Source: an uncultured Erysipelotrichaceae bacterium
GTDB taxonomy: Bacteria > Bacillota_I > Bacilli_A > RFN20 > CAG-826
DNA: 64,000 nucleotides
Direction: 5' to 3'
Assembly (NCBI GenBank): GCA_900316365.1
Contig: ONCO01000003.1
Location: 26,825 to 90,824 of the forward strand
Of this stretch, positions 9,534 to 19,497 are shown piece by piece. Numbering within the stretch: the stretch's first letter is position 1; every line of letters begins with the position of its first letter. Made by a program: the position numbers and the translations under genes. The notes below the pieces were generated by a model that did not search any database, had not been told where the DNA came from, and was given only the letters and a program-made list of their open reading frames with translations.

Positions 9534-10090
9534 AATTAATTGTTGGATTAGGAAACCCAGGCAAAGAGTACGAGAAGACCCGCCATAACATGGGCTTCAT
9601 GGTCATCGATGAGTTCGCCGACATGGCGAGTGTCGATTTGGACCGTTCCATGTTTAAGGGCGTTTACGGCGTTTGCAAAGACGACCGCTTCCCTGAGCCG
9701 TTTATCCTCGCTAAACCAGAGACCTTCATGAATCTCTCTGGCGAATTTGTACGTCCTTTAATGGACTACTTCAAAATCGATGTCGAAGATGTTCTTATCA
9801 TCTATGATGATATGGCCATTGCTCCAGGCAAGATCCGTCTCCGCCCAAGCGGTTCCAGCGGCTCCCATAATGGCATGAAGAGCATCATCGCTAACCTCAA
9901 GACTGAGAACATCAAACGCCTTCGTGTTGGCATCGGGGAACCAAAGCACACCGGAGTCGATTGGGTCCTTGGTAAGATTGGCCCAGACGACGCTGAGCCG
10001 ATCGCCGAAAGCATTCATAACGCGGCTTTAGCCATCAGAGATTACCTTCTCCATGACTGGAACTATGCGATGAACCATTACAACAAATAG
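9530..10090 (+). CDS. pth: peptidyl-tRNA hydrolase
   Basis: [23 protein letters not shown] signature. 186 aa. Conserved pth-mfd synteny. Confidence 0.95.
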   Translation: [186 protein letters not shown]

Positions 10091-10099
10091 GAGAAAAAC

Positions 10100-13000
10100 A
10101 TAACGAAGAACCTACTAGAAGAGATCCAAAAGCTAATCGCGACCTCCCCCCTTTCCGACAAAAAGGGTTCTTTCGTTATAGATGATACCTACGGCACCGC
10201 CCTTACTTTTGCCGCGCTTTTCAAAGAAAAGAGGGAGAATTATGCTATTGTCGCGAATAACCTCTATTCCGCGGAAAAGATCTATAACTGCCTCTTAAAT
10301 TTCTTAAGCGAAGATGATGTCATCTTCTTCCCGGCGGACGAGCTTCTCCGCGCGGAAAGCTTAACTTCTAGCCGTGAGCTTTTATCCCAAAGGCTTTATG
10401 CCATGGGCAGGCTACTTAAGAGCAAGGACAAGGTAATCCTTATTACCCATCCAGCCGCTCTTCTTCGTTATCTTCCAAACCCAGACCGCTTCAAAGAAGA
10501 GACCGTTCTCCTTAAGGTCGGTGCAACTTTCGACTTACCTAAACTTAAAGAGAAACTCGTTGAGATGGGCTATCAGGGGGTTAATAAGATTGAGCATTCC
10601 CTCCAATTCGCCTCTCGAGGCGACATCCTCGATATCTATTCCGTTTCTTTCCTCGACCCAATCCGTGTTGAGTTCTTTGGCGACGAGATCGAATCCATCA
10701 GAAGCTTCGGCATCGCCAATCAAACCTCTAAAGATAACCTCCAAGAGGCGACTATCTTGCCTGCTACCGACATCTTCTTAAACGACGATGAACTCTGCAA
10801 ATTCGTGGAGAGGGCAAACGCCCAGATGCAGGAGGACAAAAAGCTTCTTACCCCAGAAGTCGGGGCCCTCTTAGAGCAGAATGTCGGCATCGATTTAGAG
10901 GACTTTGTATCAAGAAATTACAAGCCAACCTTATATAAATACTATGGATACGCCATCCAGGAAGGCTTCTCCGTTTTGGATTACTTCGACCCGAAACTCA
11001 TCTATATCGCCAACAAAGGATCCTTCACCTCTAACGTCGATATGCTCCAGAAAGAGGCGTCTGATTTCTTCAATGACTTACGCCTTAAAGGCAGGCTTAT
11101 CTCTCATATGGAGGAATATCTCCCATTAGAGAAAGCCATCAAGCATAAGAGCCGCATGATCGCGAGCCAGACTTTTGCCTCTAAATCGGATGATTTCCGT
11201 TTCTCGGTTAGACCAATCGTCATGACCGGCAGAAGCTTGGTCCATGTCGTTCCATCTATCCAAACTTATCTCAACACCGGTTCCAAGGTCATTCTTTCTT
11301 TGAAAGAAAAGCAGCAGAGGGACAGCATCATCTCCCTCTTAGAAGATGCGGGTTTGCCTTATGAATTGGTATCTGGCTTTGACCTGCCTTCTGGGAACCT
11401 CGCTATCACCGACGCCTACCTTAACGAAGGCTTCGACATCCAAGAACTTAAGATTGCATACTTCTCTCCGTCGGAGATCTTTGGCCATAAGATTGTCTCC
11501 TCTCGTTTCACCGCGAGATTTAAAGACGCGACGATCCTTAGATCCTATGAAGACCTCCATCCAGGGGACTATGTAGTCCACGAATATAAAGGTATTGGCC
11601 AATTCATCGGAATCAAAACTATCGAGACCGATGGCATCCACCGTGACTACTTACACATCGCTTATGCGGCGAATGAATTCCTCTACGTCCCTTTAGAGCA
11701 GTTCCGCTTAGTTAGGAAATATGCCGGTAGAGAAGGTGCCGCACCTCGTTTATCTCATTTATCTTCTGGTGAATGGGAAAAGAAGAAGGCCAAAATCAAG
11801 AAGAGAGTCAACGAACTCGCGGAGAGATTGCTGGCCCTTTATGGCACGAGAAGCAAGATCGAAGGCTTTTCCTTCCCGCCTGATGATGAATTCACCGAGC
11901 AGTTCGAGAATGAATTCCCATATGTCATGACTCCTGACCAGCTCCGTTCTATCAACGAGATTAAGGCGGACATGGAGAAACCAGAGGTCATGGATCGTCT
12001 CTTAATCGGAGACGTTGGTTTCGGTAAAACTGAAATTGCCTTTAGGGCGGCTTTTAAGGCCATCAACGCCGGCAAGCAGGTTGCGATGCTCGCGCCTACT
12101 ACCTTGTTGGCGAGGCAACATTACGAAGTAGCCCTCGAAAGGTTTGCCTCCTTTAAGCCAAAAATCGCTCAGTTATCTCGTTTAGTCTCTCCAGCTGACC
12201 AGAAACTCATTATCGATAGGATCGCCAAAGGGGATGTCGATTTAGTCATCGGCACCCACAGGCTCCTTTCCAAAGGAATCGCCTTCAAAGACTTAGGCCT
12301 TTTGATTGTCGACGAAGAGCAGCGTTTCGGCGTTGAGCAAAAGGAGAGAATCAAGGAAATGAGGCAGAATGTAGATGTTTTAACCCTCTCTGCCACCCCA
12401 ATTCCGCGTACTTTGCAGATGTCTTTGGTTGGTATTAGACCTCTTTCCCAGATCAACACCGCACCTCCGACGAGAATGCCTATCCAAACCTATGTCGTGC
12501 CTTATAAGTTCACCCTCGTCAGGGAACTCATCGAAAGAGAGCTCTCTCGTGGTGGTCAGGTTTTCTATATCCATAACAACATCAACACCATTTATTCCAT
12601 CGCCTCGAAGATTGAGGCTAACTGCCGCGACTCCCATGTAGGCGTAGTCCATGGCCGTATGGATAAAGAAGCGGTCGAAGAGGTTATGGAACGCTTCTAC
12701 GACGATGAACTTAACGTCTTGGTCGCGACTTCTATCGTCGAGAATGGTATCGACGTTCCAAATGCGAACATGATTATCGTCGAAGACGCGGATCGCTTTG
12801 GTCTTTCTCAGCTTTACCAAATCAAGGGCCGTGTCGGTCGCGGCGACCGCATCGCCTATGCCTATTTACTCTATAAAGAGCAGAAGGACATGAACGAAGA
12901 CGCCGAGAAACGCTTAAGGGCGATTCAGGAATTCACCGACCTTGGCTCGGGTTATAAGATTGCCCAACGCGACCTTATGATCAGAGGCGCCGGCGACATC

Positions 13001-13570
13001 CTTGGCCCAGAGCAAGCGGGCTTCATTGACTCAATCGGCTTGGATTTGTATCTAAAAATGCTTAATGAGGCGGTGGAGGCGAAGAAGAAAGGCGAAGAGG
13101 TAACGCCACCAAAGGCCAACAAGCTCTTCTCCATCGACGCCTACATCCCGAAAGAGTACGCCGAGAGCTCCGATAAGATTGAGCTCTACCAAGAACTCGA
13201 CGATATCCATGACATGGATGCCCTTAAGAGTTTCCAAAAGAGGCTCAGGGACATCTATGGCAAACTTCCGGAAGGAACCAAACTCCTTATCCAGAAGAAA
13301 CGCATCGACATCTTGGGCGATGGGCCTGAATTCTCCGCGGTTGAAGAGACCAAAGATTATATCGACCTCCTCTTAACCGACTCCTTCTCCAAGATCGATG
13401 GAGTAGGCAACGACCTCTTCAATGACCTCCTTGATTACCTCTCGGTCATCAGGGTCTCTTACTTAGAGAAAAAACTCAAAGTAAGAGTTACCAAAGAAGA
13501 GAATTGGATGGATGATTTGGAGCACATCATGGAGGCAATCCATAAACTTTATACGAAGAGAGCGCAGTAA
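10100..13570 (+). CDS. mfd: transcription-repair coupling factor, probable ATA start
   Basis: The frame is open from 10091. Residues before the first ATG (10403) align to the Mfd N-terminal UvrB-homology module (…ANNLYSAEKIY…FFPADELL…). There is no in-frame ATG, GTG or TTG between 10091 and 10402. AGGAG at 10089-10093 lies 6 nt before ATA 10100. Helicase motifs GDVGFGKTE and DEEQRFG, plus the C-terminal TRG region. Confidence 0.85.
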   Translation: MTKNLLEEIQKLIATSPLSDKKGSFVIDDTYGTALTFAALFKEKRENYAIVANNLYSAEKIYNCLLNFLSEDDVIFFPADELLRAESLTSSRELLSQRLYAMGRLLKSKDKVILITHPAALLRYLPNPDRFKEETVLLKVGATFDLPKLKEKLVEMGYQGVNKIEHSLQFASRGDILDIYSVSFLDPIRVEFFGDEIESIRSFGIANQTSKDNLQEATILPATDIFLNDDELCKFVERANAQMQEDKKLLTPEVGALLEQNVGIDLEDFVSRNYKPTLYKYYGYAIQEGFSVLDYFDPKLIYIANKGSFTSNVDMLQKEASDFFNDLRLKGRLISHMEEYLPLEKAIKHKSRMIASQTFASKSDDFRFSVRPIVMTGRSLVHVVPSIQTYLNTGSKVILSLKEKQQRDSIISLLEDAGLPYELVSGFDLPSGNLAITDAYLNEGFDIQELKIAYFSPSEIFGHKIVSSRFTARFKDATILRSYEDLHPGDYVVHEYKGIGQFIGIKTIETDGIHRDYLHIAYAANEFLYVPLEQFRLVRKYAGREGAAPRLSHLSSGEWEKKKAKIKKRVNELAERLLALYGTRSKIEGFSFPPDDEFTEQFENEFPYVMTPDQLRSINEIKADMEKPEVMDRLLIGDVGFGKTEIAFRAAFKAINAGKQVAMLAPTTLLARQHYEVALERFASFKPKIAQLSRLVSPADQKLIIDRIAKGDVDLVIGTHRLLSKGIAFKDLGLLIVDEEQRFGVEQKERIKEMRQNVDVLTLSATPIPRTLQMSLVGIRPLSQINTAPPTRMPIQTYVVPYKFTLVRELIERELSRGGQVFYIHNNINTIYSIASKIEANCRDSHVGVVHGRMDKEAVEEVMERFYDDELNVLVATSIVENGIDVPNANMIIVEDADRFGLSQLYQIKGRVGRGDRIAYAYLLYKEQKDMNEDAEKRLRAIQEFTDLGSGYKIAQRDLMIRGAGDILGPEQAGFIDSIGLDLYLKMLNEAVEAKKKGEEVTPPKANKLFSIDAYIPKEYAESSDKIELYQELDDIHDMDALKSFQKRLRDIYGKLPEGTKLLIQKKRIDILGDGPEFSAVEETKDYIDLLLTDSFSKIDGVGNDLFNDLLDYLSVIRVSYLEKKLKVRVTKEENWMDDLEHIMEAIHKLYTKRAQ

Positions 13571-13598
13571 ACCTTTAGGTTTGTGTTAGACTAACCGC

Positions 13599-13859
13599 AT
13601 GAGAATCGACAAGTTTCTAAAAGTATCGAGGCTCCTTAAGCGAAGAGAAGTAGCGAAAGAGCTTTGTCTTGAAGGAGATATCCTCCTTAATGGCAAAGCC
13701 GCGAAACCGATGAGCGAAGTAGACGAGGGCGATGAAATCAAACTTCGTTTGGGCCGACATGATCTCGTCGTCAAAGTCGAGAAAGTCGTGCCGTTTGCCT
13801 CAAAAGAGAGCGCTTCGCAAATGTACACCCTGATATCTGACACGGTAGTGGTACAATAG
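13599..13859 (+). CDS. rqcP: S4-domain RNA-binding protein, YabO/RqcP (Hsp15-like) type
   Basis: 86 aa. MRIDKFLKVSRLLKRREVAKELC…GKAAKP S4 motif. Lies downstream of mfd, as yabO does in Bacillus. Confidence 0.7.
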   Translation: MRIDKFLKVSRLLKRREVAKELCLEGDILLNGKAAKPMSEVDEGDEIKLRLGRHDLVVKVEKVVPFASKESASQMYTLISDTVVVQ

Positions 13860-13965
13860 CGAGCGAAAACCTTGATTAAAAAGAGTGAGGCAGTAATGTT
13901 CCCTTGCTCATAGAGCATTATGACCTTAGTCAGACGCATAAATTGAAAGCAGAAAGGATAGAAAT

Positions 13966-16161
13966 ATGAATGATGGAGAAAAACCAAAGAGAAGTATATT
14001 AAGCTACATTCTCCCTTACCTCATGATGGCTGTGACCGTTGGCCTCTTTATTTGGCTACTCGTCAGCCAGATGAATACCGGTGCGGTTTGGAAGGAGTCG
14101 AACCTCGACGCCTACTTTGGCTACACCGTCGTCAAAGAAGAAAGCAGCTATAAGTACACGATCGACGAGTCCGCCCAGAAGTACAAGATCACCAGCTACA
14201 CCGTATCTCAGGGCTATAAGGCCGTCACCATTAGCGGTACCTACAAAGACAACACCTCCCAACGCGATGGCAACTTCAGCGTTTTGGTGGAAGAGGAACG
14301 TTGGAACAATAACTTCGACGTTGTCGTCAAACGCGATAACAACGTTATCACCCTTGAGCACGTTTCCTACGCCAGCTTATTCTCCAGCGACGCGGTCTTC
14401 GCGCCAGGAGAAAAAGGCGGCTATTCCGTTAACGATGCCTTCAAGGCCAGCTGGTGGGATACCTGGGGACCAACCGTCATCATCGTTGGTGGTACCTTGC
14501 TCCTTGGCTTGTTCTTCTTCTCCAGGCTCAACGCTTCCGTCAATGGCGCCAACAAGCAAGCCATGGACTTCAACAAGAGCCCAGCCAGAAGAGAGAATGA
14601 CACCAAAGTCAAATTCGACGATGTCGCCGGATGCGATGCCGAAAAGGCTGAGATGGTTGAGTTAGTCGAATACCTAAAAGACCCGAAGAAGTACTCGAAA
14701 TTCGGTGCTAGATTGCCTAAAGGCGTTCTCCTTATCGGCCCGCCAGGCACTGGTAAAACCTTACTTGCTAAAGCCGTTGCTGGTGAAGCCGCGGTTCCGT
14801 TCTATAGCATCTCCGGTTCCGACTTCGTCGAGATGTATGTCGGTGTTGGTGCCGGTCGTGTCCGTGACCTTTTCAAGAAGGCCAAGATGACCGCTCCATG
14901 CTTAATCTTCATCGATGAAATCGATGCCGTTGGCCGTCAAAGAGGCGCTGGCCTAGGCGGTGGCAACGACGAGCGTGAGCAGACCCTTAACCAGTTACTC
15001 GTTGAAATGGACGGCTTCGATGCCAATAAAGGTATCCTTGTCATCGCCGCGACTAACCGTGACGACGTTCTTGACCCAGCTCTCCGCAGAGCCGGTCGTT
15101 TCGATAGAACCATCACCGTTTCCCTTCCAGATAAAGCTGGCCGCGAAGCCATCTTCCACGTCCACGCGAAGAACAAGAAGATCGATCCAAGCGTCGACTT
15201 CGCCGCTCTTGCGAAACGTACCGTTGGTTTCTCCGGCGCTGATATCGATAACGTCTTAAACGAAGCGGCTATTCTCGCCGTTCGCGGCGGCAAAGAAGCT
15301 GTCACCATTGCCGAAATCGATGAAGCCATTGACCGTCGTATCAGCGGTCCAGCCAAGAACAGCAAAGGCTTGTCCGATAAAGAACGTAAGCAGGTTGCCT
15401 ACCATGAAGCCGGCCATGCCGTCATCGGTCTCAACTTGCCATATAGCGACAAGGTCCAGAAGATCACCATCGTCCCGCGCGGCAATACCGGCGGTCACGT
15501 CTTGATGACTCCAGAGGACGACCGCTTCCTCATGACCAAGAACGAACTTATCGCTCGTATCACCGGTCTCCTTGGTGGACGTACTTCCGAAGAAATTTTC
15601 TTCAAAGACGTATCCACGGGTGCCTCAAATGACATCCAGGAAGCTACCCGTCTCGCTCGAATGATGGTTACCGAATTCGGTATGTCAGACCTCGGTCCAA
15701 TCCAATATGAGAGCAACACCGGCTCCGTCTTCCTTGGTAGAGACTACACGAATACCCAGAAGAACTTCTCCACTCAGGTTGCCTTCGAAATCGATAAGGC
15801 CGTCCGCCAGATCATTGATGAAGCGCATGAGAGAGCAGAGAAACTTCTCTTGGAGCATAAAGACCAGGTCATCCTCGTCGCCGAGACCCTTCTCGATATC
15901 GAGACCATCACGGCCGAACAGATCGAAAGCTTAGTCAAGAATGGCAAACTTCCAGAAGCTCCTGCCAAGGAAGAGGAAAAGCCAGCTGAAGAAGCCAAGG
16001 TCGAAGAAAAGCCTGTCGAAGTAGCAGCTGAGGAAAAACCAGTCGAGGCGAAAGCCGAAGAGAAACCAGCCGAAGTTAAGGCTGAAGAACCTGAAGCTAA
16101 GCCTGCGGCAAAGAAAAAACCTGCCGCGAAGAAAACTTCCAAACCGAAAAAGGAAGAATAA
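13966..16161 (+). CDS. ftsH: ATP-dependent zinc metalloprotease FtsH with enlarged ectodomain and low-complexity tail
   Basis: Walker [15 protein letters not shown] region. Zinc motif HEAGHAV. Two TM helices flank an ectodomain of about 130 aa. Confidence 0.95.
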   Translation: MNDGEKPKRSILSYILPYLMMAVTVGLFIWLLVSQMNTGAVWKESNLDAYFGYTVVKEESSYKYTIDESAQKYKITSYTVSQGYKAVTISGTYKDNTSQRDGNFSVLVEEERWNNNFDVVVKRDNNVITLEHVSYASLFSSDAVFAPGEKGGYSVNDAFKASWWDTWGPTVIIVGGTLLLGLFFFSRLNASVNGANKQAMDFNKSPARRENDTKVKFDDVAGCDAEKAEMVELVEYLKDPKKYSKFGARLPKGVLLIGPPGTGKTLLAKAVAGEAAVPFYSISGSDFVEMYVGVGAGRVRDLFKKAKMTAPCLIFIDEIDAVGRQRGAGLGGGNDEREQTLNQLLVEMDGFDANKGILVIAATNRDDVLDPALRRAGRFDRTITVSLPDKAGREAIFHVHAKNKKIDPSVDFAALAKRTVGFSGADIDNVLNEAAILAVRGGKEAVTIAEIDEAIDRRISGPAKNSKGLSDKERKQVAYHEAGHAVIGLNLPYSDKVQKITIVPRGNTGGHVLMTPEDDRFLMTKNELIARITGLLGGRTSEEIFFKDVSTGASNDIQEATRLARMMVTEFGMSDLGPIQYESNTGSVFLGRDYTNTQKNFSTQVAFEIDKAVRQIIDEAHERAEKLLLEHKDQVILVAETLLDIETITAEQIESLVKNGKLPEAPAKEEEKPAEEAKVEEKPVEVAAEEKPVEAKAEEKPAEVKAEEPEAKPAAKKKPAAKKTSKPKKEE
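15955..16158 (+). repeat. coding low-complexity repeat (EEKP[AV]E units, then [12 protein letters not shown]) at the FtsH C-terminus
   Basis: Translated tail: [63 protein letters not shown]. Confidence 0.9.
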
Positions 16162-16169
16162 ACACACCT

Positions 16170-16196
16170 AGGCGTCCTTAACCGGGCGCCTTTTTG
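16170..16196 (+). terminator. intrinsic terminator after ftsH
   Basis: AGGCGTCC-ttaacc-GGGCGCCT followed by TTTTT. Confidence 0.8.
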
Positions 16197-16234
16197 TTGC
16201 GACTCTATATTCGAAGTAATGTATAATCCCTCCG

Positions 16235-17209
16235 ATGAAAATCGGAGACATTGAATTAAAAGGGAAAGTCGTGCTCGGTCCGATGGCCGGGGTCACCACA
16301 TTGGCATATCGCGAATTCATGAAGCCTTTCGGGGTTGCTCTTTCCTATAGCGAGATGATTTCCGATTGCGGAATCGTCTATGGCAACGACAGGACTTATG
16401 AATACCTCAAGACCTCCGAAGTCGATAGGCCAGTTGGACTTCAGCTTTTTGGCTTCTCTATTGAGAACACCATCAAAGCCATCGATATCGTTGAGAAAGA
16501 GGCCCAATACGACATCCTCGACATCAACTTAGGCTGCCCTGTATACAAAGTCGTTAAGACTGGTGCGGGATCTGCTTGGCTTAAGAGGCCACAGGAACTT
16601 TACGAATACATGTCCGCGGTTGTCGCACATTCTCATAAGCCAGTCACCGCGAAGATCCGTTTAGGTTGGGATGATGAATCCATCAACTTTGAAGAAGTTG
16701 TCGCTTTGCTTGAGAAGGCTGGCGTTGCCGCGATTACCATCCACGCGAGAACCTCTAAAGCGGGCTATTCTGGCACCGCCGACTACGAGAAACTTGCTGG
16801 GCTTAGGGACAAGATGAGCGTTCCTCTTATCATCTCTGGCGATATCTTCACCCCAGAGCAGGCCAAGAAAGCGATTGATATTACCCACGCCGACATGGTC
16901 ATGGTGGCTAGAGGTGGTTTAGGTAACCCATATCTTGTGACCCAGATCAATGAATATCTGGAGAAAGGCGTCCTGCTCCCATCTCCGGACGTCTTAAAGC
17001 AAGTCGACTACGCCGAAGACTTCGCGAATAGGCTTATTGCCTTAAAGGGCGAGCATATCGCGATACAAGAACTCAAAGGATTGTTACCGCATTTCTTCTC
17101 CGGGTTCCCAGGATATAAGAAAGTCCGCATGGAAATCGCGATGAATATGAAGAGCGAAAAAGACATGCGCGGGCTCCTTAACGGCATACGCCGTAGGGCC
17201 ACTTTGTAA
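16235..17209 (+). CDS. dusB: tRNA-dihydrouridine synthase
   Basis: 324 aa. Dus TIM-barrel motifs (LGPMAGVT, DINLGCP, TIHARTS). Confidence 0.9.
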   Translation: MKIGDIELKGKVVLGPMAGVTTLAYREFMKPFGVALSYSEMISDCGIVYGNDRTYEYLKTSEVDRPVGLQLFGFSIENTIKAIDIVEKEAQYDILDINLGCPVYKVVKTGAGSAWLKRPQELYEYMSAVVAHSHKPVTAKIRLGWDDESINFEEVVALLEKAGVAAITIHARTSKAGYSGTADYEKLAGLRDKMSVPLIISGDIFTPEQAKKAIDITHADMVMVARGGLGNPYLVTQINEYLEKGVLLPSPDVLKQVDYAEDFANRLIALKGEHIAIQELKGLLPHFFSGFPGYKKVRMEIAMNMKSEKDMRGLLNGIRRRATL

Positions 17210-17302
17210 ACGCTTTTAGCGCATTCCGCTTAACCAACGCAAAAAAGACTCCTAAAATCGTACGGAACCGAACTAATATAGGGAGGTAACCGAACGAAAT
17301 TT

Positions 17303-17740
17303 ATGGAAAAGACAGTAATTAAAGACATTTGGAGATTCAACAAAGGCGTCAGGATCAAGATCGAGCAAAACCTCAGCGTCGATCCTAACAACGATCTTTC
17401 GCTTATTCAGTGCCTCGTGCTCGTTATGCTTGCCTGCAGGAGCAAAGAACGCGTTGGCGCGAAGGAGTTACAGGAAATTTTTGCTTTATCTAAAGCCACG
17501 ATTTCCGAAACCTTAAGCGCTTTGGAGAACAAAGAATATATCGTCGTCACCCAATCCTTAAAGGATAAACGCAGGAATGATATCGTCCTTACTCCGAAAG
17601 GCGAATCTTATGTAAGGAACGCGCATAGGCGTTTCAACAAATTGCAGGAGAGCCTCGTGGCCGACATCGACGAAAATGATGTCCAGACCTTCAAGCGAGT
17701 GCTCGAGAAGATGGGTGAGAATCTTAGGAGGGCAAAATGA
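17303..17740 (+). CDS. MarR family transcriptional regulator
   Basis: 145 aa. Winged-HTH pattern (LSKATISETLSALENKEYIVVTQSLKDKRRNDIVLTPKG). Stop overlaps the ABC gene start. Confidence 0.8.
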   Translation: MEKTVIKDIWRFNKGVRIKIEQNLSVDPNNDLSLIQCLVLVMLACRSKERVGAKELQEIFALSKATISETLSALENKEYIVVTQSLKDKRRNDIVLTPKGESYVRNAHRRFNKLQESLVADIDENDVQTFKRVLEKMGENLRRAK

Positions 17741-19497
17741 AAATAGTAAAAGAATTAGCAAAATACGTAAAAGGCTACTGGGGCCAGATGATTGGCGCTT
17801 GGGTCGCCGTTATTATCGAGGTGGCTTGCGAAGTCACCATCCCATTCATGATGCAGCCTCTCATCAACGCGATTAAGGCTGGCGAAGAAGGCGGCGTCAT
17901 CGATGTAGGAACCATTTGGCTTTACGCCGGAATCATGATGGGTTTAGCCGTCGTTAGCACGGTCATGGGCATCTTAGGCGGATATTTCGCCTCTGGGGCC
18001 TCGGCTGGCTTTGGCAAGAACCTCCGTCAGGAGATGTATTACCGCATTCAGCGTTTCAGCTTCGAGAACATCGACCGCTTCTCCGTCTCCAGCTTAGTCA
18101 CCCGTTTGACCACCGACATCACCAACGTCCAATTCTCGTTGCAGATGATTCTCCGTATGGTCGTCAGGGGACCGCTTATGCTGGTGCTCGCTTGGGTCAT
18201 GGCCTCCATCACGGCCTTCAACCTCTCTTTGGTCTTCTTGATCTCTATCCCGGTCATGGCGATCGGCTTATTCGTCATCGTGAAGATCGTCCATCCGACC
18301 TTCGTCAAGGTCTTTAACGCTTATGATGACCTCAATGAGTCCGTCAAAGAGAACCTTGAGGGTATCCGCGTCGTCAAATCCTTCTCCCGCGAAGATTTCG
18401 AGAAGGAGAAATTCGGCAAGGTTTCCTGGTTTATCTATAACAACTTCGCCAAGGCCGAAAGAGTCATGGCTTGGAACAATCCAGTCGTCCTCTTCTCCGT
18501 CCAGGCTACCATCTTAGCCCTCGCCTACTTAGGCGCGAGGATGGTCGTAGATAGCAACGGCGCCTTCGGTGTTGGCCAATTATCCAGCTTCTTCACCTAT
18601 ACGATGCAGATCATGATGTCTTTGAACTTCATGTCTATGGCCGTCGTTATGGTCATCATCTCTAGAACCTCCGCGGAACGTATCCACGAGGTTCTCATGG
18701 AGAAACCTTCCCTCGTTTCCCCGGAGAATGCGGTCAAGGAAGTCAAGGACGGCTCGATTGAATTCGATCACGTCTTCTTCTCCTACAGCAAAACCGCGGA
18801 GAAAGATGTTCTTTCCGACATCAATTTAAAGGTCGCCTCCGGTTCTTCCTTAGGCGTTATCGGCACGACCGGCTCCTCCAAATCCACCTTGGTCTCGCTT
18901 TTGGCTCGTTTATATGACGTTAAATCCGGCGCGGTTAAGGTCGGCGGAGTCGATGTCCGCGAATACGATTTGGAAACCCTCCGCGATTCCGTCGCGATGG
19001 TTCTCCAAAAGAACACCCTTTTCACCGGCACCATCGCTAGCAACCTTCGTTGGGGCAATGAGAACGCCACCGACGAAGAATTAAAGGAAGCCTGCGAAAT
19101 CGCTCAGGCGGCCGAATTCATCGAAAGCTTCCCGGCCAAATACGATTCCCCAATCGAACAGGGCGGCACGAACGTGTCGGGCGGTCAGAAGCAGCGTCTT
19201 TGCATCGCTAGGGCGCTTCTTAAGAAACCGAAGATCTTGGTCCTCGATGACTCCACGAGCGCCGTCGATACCAAAACCGATTCCTTGATCCGCAAGGGAT
19301 TCATGGAAAAGCTCCCTGGCATGACTCGCGTCATCGTCGCGCAGCGTATCCTCTCCATTAAAGATTGCGACCAGATCGCCATCATCGATGATGGCAAAAT
19401 CATCGGCTTGGGCACTCACGATGATTTGATGGCCAATTCCCCAGTCTACAAAGAGATTTATGACGCCCAGTTAGGAGGTGACTTCGATGTCCAATAA
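17737..19497 (+). CDS. ABC exporter half-transporter (permease+ATPase), degenerate-site subunit
   Basis: 586 aa. Walker A GTTGSSKST (Ser where the conserved Gly is expected). Walker B LVLDDSTSAVD (Asp replaces the catalytic Glu). Canonical signature VSGGQKQR. Confidence 0.85.
   Translation: MKIVKELAKYVKGYWGQMIGAWVAVIIEVACEVTIPFMMQPLINAIKAGEEGGVIDVGTIWLYAGIMMGLAVVSTVMGILGGYFASGASAGFGKNLRQEMYYRIQRFSFENIDRFSVSSLVTRLTTDITNVQFSLQMILRMVVRGPLMLVLAWVMASITAFNLSLVFLISIPVMAIGLFVIVKIVHPTFVKVFNAYDDLNESVKENLEGIRVVKSFSREDFEKEKFGKVSWFIYNNFAKAERVMAWNNPVVLFSVQATILALAYLGARMVVDSNGAFGVGQLSSFFTYTMQIMMSLNFMSMAVVMVIISRTSAERIHEVLMEKPSLVSPENAVKEVKDGSIEFDHVFFSYSKTAEKDVLSDINLKVASGSSLGVIGTTGSSKSTLVSLLARLYDVKSGAVKVGGVDVREYDLETLRDSVAMVLQKNTLFTGTIASNLRWGNENATDEELKEACEIAQAAEFIESFPAKYDSPIEQGGTNVSGGQKQRLCIARALLKKPKILVLDDSTSAVDTKTDSLIRKGFMEKLPGMTRVIVAQRILSIKDCDQIAIIDDGKIIGLGTHDDLMANSPVYKEIYDAQLGGDFDVQ

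Noticed and set aside
14081-14665. 194-aa alternative-frame ORF within ftsH, and similar off-frame ORFs at 24642-25202 in lysS, 56589-57107 antisense to rplI/dnaB, and 2113-2583 in ppdK
   Set aside because: All are embedded in strongly supported housekeeping genes and translate to Ser/Pro/Thr/Arg-rich low-complexity sequence, the usual artefact of biased codon usage.
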